Made by a program: the position numbers and the translations under genes. Shown one piece after another: positions 46,086 to 52,658 of a stretch of 52,658 nucleotides of DNA (the first letter of the stretch is position 1; each line of letters starts with the position of its first letter). The notes under the pieces are model-generated. The model had not been told where the DNA came from. It made no database searches and worked only from the letters and a program-made list of their open reading frames with translations. Source of the stretch: Dehalococcoidia bacterium (GTDB lineage Bacteria > Chloroflexota > Dehalococcoidia > GIF9 > UBA5629); assembly GCA_011170325.1 (NCBI GenBank), contig DUEX01000015.1:1-52658 (forward strand), written 5' to 3'.

Positions 46086-48817
46086 TTAGTTACCCCCTTA
46101 TCAGCGGTTGATATGGGCAGCTCCACATAAAAGGTGGCTCCTTTGCCCAGTTCACTTTCAGCATATATCCTGCCGCCGTGCTCGGTTACTATCCCGTAAC
46201 ACATGCTTAGCCCCAGTCCCGTGCCTTTGCCTACATCCTTGGTGGTGAAGAAGGGGTCGAATATGCACCTCAGGTTTTCCTTGGATATCCCAACGCCATC
46301 ATCAGCGAAGGAAACCCTGACAATATCGCCTGCCTTTTCGGTATTAATGGTCAGCCTGCCTCTGTTGTACGCCTCAATCATAGACTGTTCAGCATTGAGA
46401 ACGATGTTAAGAAACACCTGCTGCAGCTGAAAATGGTCACCCATGACCTCTGGCAGGTCAGGGGCAAATTTGTTGACGACCTGGATATTGCTTACCTTGT
46501 GCTCGTAGGCACGCAGCTCCAGCACATTATCTACAAGGCTATTTACATTCACCGGCTGCTTTGCTGATGGGTGCTTCCGGGCGAAGGTAAGCAGATTCTT
46601 TACCACCTGGGCAGCACGCTCAGCTTCACTACACACAACTCTCAGGTCTTCTCTGACATCATTGGAGACATTTCTTTCCATAAGCAGCTGGGAGAATCCA
46701 ATAACGCTGGTCAGCGGGTTGTTCAGTTCATGGGCGATTCCTGATGCCAGCTCGCCAACTGAAGCCAACCGCCCGGTGACTATAAGCTGCTGCTGCATAT
46801 GCTTGCGTTCAGTGATGTCCCTGGTCACAGCGATGAATCCTACAGGACTGCCAGAAGCATCTCTAAGGGTAGCGGCACTCAGCTCGGCATCAAATTCCGT
46901 CCTGTCCCTTCTCAAAAATGTATACTCTATCGTGCCACTATGCCCCTCTTCCAATGTCTTTCTCAAGTTTTCCATCGCCCTGACACGGTCTTTCTCGGCC
47001 ATCAACTCAAAGGCACTTCGCCCAATGAGCTCCTCCTTGCTATCATAGCCATGCATGCGCACCGCGGCTTCGTTCGTCTGCGCGATATTCCCTGCCAGAT
47101 CACTAACCGTAATTCCCTCAGTCACCGACTCAAACATGAGACGTAGTTTTTCCTCAGACTGCCGCAGCTGCTCCTCCGTCCGGCTCTTCTCAGTGATGTC
47201 CCTGACGAAAACAGACAGGCCATCTCCTGAGGGATAGGCAGTGATATCAAAGACAAAGTTCTTGCCTCCGAGTTGGTACTCGTTAATGAGATGCTGCACC
47301 CGCTTCGTTCTTAACGCTTTTACATACGCTCTTTCTGCCTCTCTCGTCGCTTCTGTGTTCGGGAAAATATCATAAAGGTGTTTCCCCACAGCATCTCTAG
47401 CTGGGACTCCCGTGATCTCTTCAGATGTTCTGTTCCAGTAGGTATATCTCAAGTCTGCGTCAAATGCGAAGAAAACATCGGTGATGCTGTCGGCAAGTTC
47501 CCTGTAATTTTTCTCATTCTTTCGCAGCTCTTCCTCCATCCGCTTGTGCTCGGTTACGTCTCGCATTATGCCCTGGTATCCGATAATGGTCCCGTCATCA
47601 GCCTGGCGCAGGATTGACGTGACCAGACAGTCCATCTCTGCCCCATCTCTCTTGCAAAATTTCAACTCATAATCTATTAGCCACCCTTCTCGCTCTATCT
47701 TCTCCTGAAATCTACTTCTGTCAGTGGGATCAGCATAAATCTTTCTGATGTCCATCCCAATCATCTCTTCTCTCGTGTAGCCGAAGAGGTCCAGTCCAGC
47801 CTGGTTAATATTAATCAACTCACCCTCTCGGCTAGTAATATATATAACATCTCTGGACTGCTCAAAAATGGCACGGTACTTCTCCTCACTCCACTGCAAT
47901 GCTATCTCTGCCATTTTTCTATCTTCCTCTAGTCGAATGGTACCCAGGCCAAGGGCAATGTCTCTGGCAAGCTCGTGAAACAACCCCATCTCCTCATCGC
48001 CCATCAGATAGGCCGGTATAGAGACAGATAGCACCCCGTAGAGTCTTCCATCATGTTCCAGTCGGGCGGCCAGCCCATTCTGGTCACCATAGCATGACGA
48101 CAGAGGACAACCAGTGCAAGTCAATGCGGGGTCTTGGGTCACCACAACCTCCGATTGCTTTAGCGCCTTACGAACGCAGTTACACAACTGGCCACGCTTC
48201 AGTAGCTCGACCATTGGCAAGAAATATTTGCCCAGACCGGCTTCAGCATATGTCAAGAGTTTCTCCGATTCATCAAGGAGCACAATCCAAGCACCGTAAT
48301 AGCTGCGATTCTTGACGAGGCTGTCACAGACGCCTTTGATCAGCCTTTCGCTGTCCCTTTCCACAGTTACAAGCTGGTTGACGCTGCGGATGGCATATAG
48401 CACCAGGTTTAGATGCTTTAACCCCTCCCTTACCTTCCTGCGCTCTATGGCATACCGCACGACACGCCATAACGGTCCTGCACACACTTCAGATTTCAGG
48501 AGATAGTCCTGTGCACCACGACGCACCGCCTCAACACCGACTGTCTCATCCTCAAGGCCAGTCAGCACCACAATCGGCGGCGGTGATGTCTCAAGCACCC
48601 TCTCAAGTGTGTCAATCCCCTGGCTATCGGGCAGCTCCAAGCCCAGCAGCACTACGTCAACGCTACCATTGGCAATGCGCTCCAACCCTGTTGACAGCCG
48701 GTCAGTAGACTCCAAATCGTACCCAGTATCCATCGCCTCTTTCAGCATCTCCTGTATGAGACGAATGTCTCCAGGGTTGTCTTCTATCAGCAGTATTTTG
48801 ATACCCTTGCGGCTCAC
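46082..48817 (-). CDS. Hybrid sensor histidine kinase: N-terminal pseudo-receiver, GAF-like region, multiple PAS domains, HisKA and HATPase_c.
   Basis: 911 aa. GTG start after AGGAG. H-box GIAHELNNPL. N, G1 and G2 boxes (NAEQSM, DDGVGI, GTGLGL). Repeated PAS blocks (E.YR..FE..). Confidence 0.92.
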   Translation of the reverse strand: MSRKGIKILLIEDNPGDIRLIQEMLKEAMDTGYDLESTDRLSTGLERIANGSVDVVLLGLELPDSQGIDTLERVLETSPPPIVVLTGLEDETVGVEAVRRGAQDYLLKSEVCAGPLWRVVRYAIERRKVREGLKHLNLVLYAIRSVNQLVTVERDSERLIKGVCDSLVKNRSYYGAWIVLLDESEKLLTYAEAGLGKYFLPMVELLKRGQLCNCVRKALKQSEVVVTQDPALTCTGCPLSSCYGDQNGLAARLEHDGRLYGVLSVSIPAYLMGDEEMGLFHELARDIALGLGTIRLEEDRKMAEIALQWSEEKYRAIFEQSRDVIYITSREGELININQAGLDLFGYTREEMIGMDIRKIYADPTDRSRFQEKIEREGWLIDYELKFCKRDGAEMDCLVTSILRQADDGTIIGYQGIMRDVTEHKRMEEELRKNEKNYRELADSITDVFFAFDADLRYTYWNRTSEEITGVPARDAVGKHLYDIFPNTEATREAERAYVKALRTKRVQHLINEYQLGGKNFVFDITAYPSGDGLSVFVRDITEKSRTEEQLRQSEEKLRLMFESVTEGITVSDLAGNIAQTNEAAVRMHGYDSKEELIGRSAFELMAEKDRVRAMENLRKTLEEGHSGTIEYTFLRRDRTEFDAELSAATLRDASGSPVGFIAVTRDITERKHMQQQLIVTGRLASVGELASGIAHELNNPLTSVIGFSQLLMERNVSNDVREDLRVVCSEAERAAQVVKNLLTFARKHPSAKQPVNVNSLVDNVLELRAYEHKVSNIQVVNKFAPDLPEVMGDHFQLQQVFLNIVLNAEQSMIEAYNRGRLTINTEKAGDIVRVSFADDGVGISKENLRCIFDPFFTTKDVGKGTGLGLSMCYGIVTEHGGRIYAESELGKGATFYVELPISTADKGVTK

Positions 48818-48824
48818 TTTGCTC

Positions 48825-49277
48825 CTATTCCCCTCGCGGCGGCAGTTTCACGATAGCCAGCCAGAAATCTTCAACTGCCTTTATCACCTCCATGAACCGG
48901 TCGAGGTCAACCGGCTTGGTGATGTAGCAGTTGGCGTGAAGGTCGTAGGTCCTGATGATGTCCTCATCGACCTTAGAGATGGTCAGGATGACCACCGGGA
49001 TACGTCTCAGGTTGACATCACTCTTGATTTCCGCCAGCACTTCCCGCCCATCCTTCCTCGGCAAGTTCAAATCAAGCAGGATGAGGTCTGGCCGAACGGC
49101 ACGGGTATGCTTGCCTTGCTGCCTGAGAAAGTCTAAGGCCTCTACGCCGTCCTCAACCACATGCAGTTCGTTGAGCACCTTGGCATCTTTCAAGGCCTCC
49201 TGTGTCAGCCGCGCATCACCAGGGTTGTCCTCTACCAAGAGAATCTCGATAGGCCTACTGGTCTCCTTATTGGTCAT
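48825..49277 (-). CDS. Single-domain response regulator (Rcp1-like).
   Basis: 150 aa. [36 protein letters not shown] overlap with the upstream kinase gene. Confidence 0.9.
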   Translation of the reverse strand: MTNKETSRPIEILLVEDNPGDARLTQEALKDAKVLNELHVVEDGVEALDFLRQQGKHTRAVRPDLILLDLNLPRKDGREVLAEIKSDVNLRRIPVVILTISKVDEDIIRTYDLHANCYITKPVDLDRFMEVIKAVEDFWLAIVKLPPRGE

Positions 49278-51499
49278 GACTGCTTTCCTCCTTTCACTGG
49301 AATTGCGAACCAGACTGTGCTACCCTTACCGGCCTGGGATTCTAGCCAGATTCGGCCGCCATGGCGTTCAACAATCCTTTTACAAATGGACAGGCCGGTG
49401 CCGGTGCCGGGGTAGCCAGAATGCAGACGCTGGAAGATAATGAAGACACGCTCGAAGTACTGCGGTTCAATGCCTACCCCATTGTCACGCACCGAGAAGA
49501 CCCATTCATTTCCCCTTTGTTCCGCCGAGACGTGGACACGAGGAAGCTCCTCACCGCGGAACTTGATGGCATTGTCGATTAAGTTTTGGAAGAGCTGCAC
49601 CAACTGGCCTTCGTCTGCCATAACCACTGGTAGGGCATCATGGGTCACCTCGGCGCCACTGTTCCGAATAGCCACCTTCAGATTGGCAACTGCTGCATCA
49701 AAAACAGCAGCGCAGTCCGTAGGTTCTAAGGGCTTGCCTCTGGTGCCAACTCTAGAATAAGCTAGCAGGTCATTGAGCAAGTCCTGCATCCGTTTGGCCC
49801 CGCCCACAGCATAGCTGATGAACTCATCAGCATCGGCATCCAGCCTGTCTTTGTAGCGCCTTTCCAGCAGCTGCGTGTAGCTCGACACCATGCGCAGCGG
49901 TTCCTGAAGGTCATGTGAGGCGACATAGGCAAACAGCTCCAGCTCGGCATTGGAACGCTTAAGCTCCGCCATGATTTGCTTCAGCTCCTCCTCTGCCCGC
50001 TTGCGCTCGGTGATGTCACGCTCGGTTGTCGCAATGGCGATGGGTAGGCCGGCATCGTCCGAGAGCTTTGTTACAGTAATCCAAACATCCAGCGTGCGCC
50101 TATCCTTGGTAACACGCTGCATCTCAAATGACTCTAGCAGTTCACCTCGCTGCAACTGGCGCATCAAGGCTAACTCCTCATCACGTTTTTCCTTCGGGAC
50201 AATGTCAACAATGTTCATCGCGAGCGCTTCCGCCTCGCTCCAGCCATATATACATTCCGCTCCACGATTCCACGCAAGGAAACGCCCCTCGAAGTCCCGC
50301 ACCGTAACAGCATCGTTGGAATCCTTCACCACGACAGCCATGCGCCGGAGATCCCCCTCGACCCGCTTGTGCTCTGCGACCTCTTCAACCAGTTCATCGC
50401 GGGAAACGGTGACCGCTTTGAGATCCTCCACCATTTGATCAAATGCCCTCGACAGTTGACCGATTTCGTCCTTCGCTGTTGTGCTTGCCCGGTATTCGAG
50501 GTTGCCCCGGCTGATCTCCTCAGTACCTTTAACCAGCCGTCGCAGCGGCCAGGTGAGAGTGCGGTTGAAGAACACACCAAGCAGTGCCACGATCAAGGCA
50601 ATGGCAACACCGATGCCGAATACAGTATTGCGTAAGGTGATGATGGGAGCAAAGGCCTCGGCCTGTTCCACCTCAGTCAGGATGCCTAGCTCCCACTCTG
50701 GCATCCATCGGTAGGCACCGATGACAGGCACGCCTCGATAATCATCATAGAAGCCAAAGCCATCATTGTGCTCCAAGCATGCTTCCACGCCATCAGTATG
50801 CAGGGCTTTCTCTAGGTCATAGCCATCGCTGAACCACGGCTCAGTAACGAAGAAGCCGAACTTATTGACTAGGTAGGTCTGCTCAGTCTGGCTCAGGCCG
50901 CTAGCCTGCATTATAATCTCCGACATTCCAATCAGATCCACATGGCCGGCTAGCACAGCGATCGGGTTGTCCTCCTCATCCTTAATCGGGGTGCTGATGG
51001 TTATGGCTGATTTCCCAAGGGTCGGGGAATAGTAGACGTTCTGGATATAGGTACAGCTCTTCCCCTCCACAAAGTATGGCCTGCTCTCCCTATAGTTCCT
51101 CTCCTGCTTCTCATCTGTGGAAACGAGCATCAACCCATCGCTACCGCGCAGGATGAACAGAGCGAGGAATCCCCCTTCCTCAACGTTAGGGGTGAGGTCC
51201 TCCTCGAGGATGCTTCTATGGACTGTGTGGTACTCTGGGTCAGCCTGGTCTAGCAAGGCCAACACAGCGGTATATTCTATGAGAGAAGGGCGCATGGCCA
51301 GCTGCTCGAGCCTCTGTCCATTGTCATGCACCCATACGTTGAGCATACCCTCTTTGAGGATGTTAGTAGAGATCAGGTGGTTGAGCGTGTCCCGTTCTAT
51401 CGTCTGCCGGCCATTGTCATAGGCCAAGTAGCCCACAATGGCTAGTGGGATGACCGAAACCAACAGGAAGAATATCATCAGCTTGGTAGCCAGTTTCAT
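49274..51499 (-). CDS. Membrane sensor histidine kinase: Cache-like periplasmic domain, HAMP, PAS, HisKA and HATPase_c.
   Basis: 741 aa. Two TM segments flank about 270 aa. H-box [10 protein letters not shown], followed by [21 protein letters not shown]. Confidence 0.92.
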   Translation of the reverse strand: MKLATKLMIFFLLVSVIPLAIVGYLAYDNGRQTIERDTLNHLISTNILKEGMLNVWVHDNGQRLEQLAMRPSLIEYTAVLALLDQADPEYHTVHRSILEEDLTPNVEEGGFLALFILRGSDGLMLVSTDEKQERNYRESRPYFVEGKSCTYIQNVYYSPTLGKSAITISTPIKDEEDNPIAVLAGHVDLIGMSEIIMQASGLSQTEQTYLVNKFGFFVTEPWFSDGYDLEKALHTDGVEACLEHNDGFGFYDDYRGVPVIGAYRWMPEWELGILTEVEQAEAFAPIITLRNTVFGIGVAIALIVALLGVFFNRTLTWPLRRLVKGTEEISRGNLEYRASTTAKDEIGQLSRAFDQMVEDLKAVTVSRDELVEEVAEHKRVEGDLRRMAVVVKDSNDAVTVRDFEGRFLAWNRGAECIYGWSEAEALAMNIVDIVPKEKRDEELALMRQLQRGELLESFEMQRVTKDRRTLDVWITVTKLSDDAGLPIAIATTERDITERKRAEEELKQIMAELKRSNAELELFAYVASHDLQEPLRMVSSYTQLLERRYKDRLDADADEFISYAVGGAKRMQDLLNDLLAYSRVGTRGKPLEPTDCAAVFDAAVANLKVAIRNSGAEVTHDALPVVMADEGQLVQLFQNLIDNAIKFRGEELPRVHVSAEQRGNEWVFSVRDNGVGIEPQYFERVFIIFQRLHSGYPGTGTGLSICKRIVERHGGRIWLESQAGKGSTVWFAIPVKGGKQS

Positions 51500-51599
51500 C
51501 TCACTTCACCTCTAACGAGTATGAATATCGCCTTTTTCATTTCCAATATTCCCCCCAGCCTCTTAAATTCGGCTATAGTCTTTGTGTACATGCTAGACC

Positions 51600-51803
51600 T
51601 CAAGGTCTATAGTTATGAACCTTCTCCCCCGACAGCCACTCATCGATCATATCTCTACGGAAACGTAGCTGTCGCCCCACCCTACTTGCTGGTATGTCCT
51701 TCATCCTAACCAAGCGGTAAACGCTTGCCTCTGAAATCCGCAGGTACAGGGCAACCTCAGCGGTAGTCATCAGTGTAGACCTCTCTTCATTTGGTATTTT
51801 CAT
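51600..51803 (-). CDS. Excisionase-family / MerR-like helix-turn-helix DNA-binding protein
   Basis: 67 aa. LMTTAEVALYLRISEASVYRLVRMKDIPASRVGRQLRFRRDMIDEWL. Confidence 0.75.
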   Translation of the reverse strand: MKIPNEERSTLMTTAEVALYLRISEASVYRLVRMKDIPASRVGRQLRFRRDMIDEWLSGEKVHNYRP

Positions 51804-52099
51804 TCCTTATGATTGCCCTCCAGTTAACAGTATTGCACTCAAACCAAACTAAATAACCAGTCCTAGTGACCGCTATACATAGCTTAACAAGAGTAGACAG
51901 AAGTTGGAAAGACCAATTTGTACTATTTCCCAAAGTACTTTAGTCACGTACTAGACGCCATTCTATCCTTGGAGGATGCGACACCACTGCCCTCATCCAG
52001 ATAGATTAGATTGTGTAAGGTCGTCTACGCTATATCCCAGCCTTACGTGTGGGCAAGAGCCACTGATTCGCCTCAAAGCTACAACCTTGAGACATCCAG

Positions 52100-52129
52100 T
52101 TGACTCGAGCCAATCTTAAACAGTAGAAT
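52100..52129 (+). promoter_or_regulatory. Candidate sigma70-type promoter of the MFS transporter gene.
   Basis: TTGACT (52100..52105), an 18-nt spacer, then TAGAAT (52124..52129). Confidence 0.4.
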
Positions 52130-52145
52130 CAAACGTTGAGTAAAC

Positions 52146-52658
52146 ATGAAGAAAGACCAGCTAATCTTCTATGGCTGGCTCATAGTGGCTACCGGCCTAC
52201 TAGTGGAGGCCTTGGGCTACGGGGCCCGGTACTCCTTCTCCATCATCTTCCCTTCGCTGCTTGATGATTTCCAATGGCCCAGAGACATTACGGCCGCCAT
52301 GCTATCTGTGCATCTTCTTATCTATGGTCTGGTTGCCCCAGTGGCTGGCGACTTGGTAGACAGAGTAGGTCCACGCAAGACCATGGCCTTCGGAACAACG
52401 CTGCTAGCGCTGGGATTAGTTGTGTCGAGATGGGGAAGCGAGCCTTGGCATTTCTATCTCAGTTTCGGAGTCCTGACCGGTGCTGGCCTCTGTCTCACAG
52501 GTTCAGTGCCATTCACCACGGTACTGAGGAATTGGTTTGAAAGAAGGCGAGGCCTGGCCTTCTCGCTGATGTTCTCAGGTGTTGGAGGCGCCCACGCCTT
52601 CTATCCAGCTATAGCTTTCCTGATAGTTAGCATAGGTTGGCGCAATACTTTTGTGGCA
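52146..52658 (+). CDS. MFS transporter (oxalate/formate antiporter-like), 5' partial that runs off the right edge.
   Basis: Manual translation from ATG 52146 gives MKKDQLIFYGWLIVATGLLVEALGYGARYSFSIIFPSLLDDFQWPRDITAAMLSVHLLIYGLVAPVAGDLVDRVGPRKT..., with the MFS motif A-like G.L.DR.GPRK. It stays open to the window end. Confidence 0.85.
   Translation, partial: MKKDQLIFYGWLIVATGLLVEALGYGARYSFSIIFPSLLDDFQWPRDITAAMLSVHLLIYGLVAPVAGDLVDRVGPRKTMAFGTTLLALGLVVSRWGSEPWHFYLSFGVLTGAGLCLTGSVPFTTVLRNWFERRRGLAFSLMFSGVGGAHAFYPAIAFLIVSIGWRNTFVA

Noticed and set aside
1-52658. CRISPR arrays, rRNA genes, IS elements, integrases and toxin-antitoxin pairs.
   Set aside because: I scanned for regularly spaced direct repeats, transposase or integrase-like ORFs and rRNA-like segments and found none. 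The only mobility-flavoured genes are the terminase pair and the small excisionase-type HTH.

Overview
Bacterial chromosomal window, shown by rho, dnaN, rplU-rpmA-rpmE, rpsU and tRNA-Thr. GC looks moderate by eye. The gene content is consistent with an anaerobic Chloroflexota/Dehalococcoidia-like organism, but that placement is inference only. Most of the window is housekeeping: pyrG, transaldolase-family aldolase, rho, pit/DUF47, rarA, coaE, hisI/hisA, acyl-CoA carboxyltransferase with a biotin carrier, two cobalamin adenosyltransferases, archaeal-type FBP aldolase/phosphatase, rdgB-moaA-moaC, dnaN, purQ/purL, queG and plsC.

The most unusual content is two diverged paralogs of a tubulin/FtsZ-superfamily protein that resemble archaeal CetZ.
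- The first (6571..7752) is monocistronic behind a near-consensus promoter and keeps the AGGTGSG tubulin signature.
- The second (13587..14690) has degenerate nucleotide-binding motifs. It sits inside a tightly coupled six-gene minus-strand operon: AmmeMemoRadiSam radical SAM, MEMO-like, AMMECR1, CetZ-like, RarA, alpha/beta hydrolase.

Other notable items:
- An orphan, translationally coupled small/large terminase pair with no other phage genes.
- A 19-bp inverted repeat at the left edge. Flipping the segment it bounds would restore an in-frame surface-protein C-terminus.
- A probable CTG start overlapping the rarA stop.
- Three gene relics: retropepsin-like, acyl-CoA dehydrogenase N-terminus, and half a receiver domain.
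- A five-gene phosphorelay cluster with a pseudo-receiver hybrid kinase and an HD-GYP output, followed after a 185-nt gap by an OmpR-type regulator.
- Two paralogous small membrane peptides, with two copies of a 50-nt terminator-like repeat in the same region.
- A patch of Cys-rich proteins of unknown function.

No CRISPR array, rRNA, intact IS element or integrase was seen.
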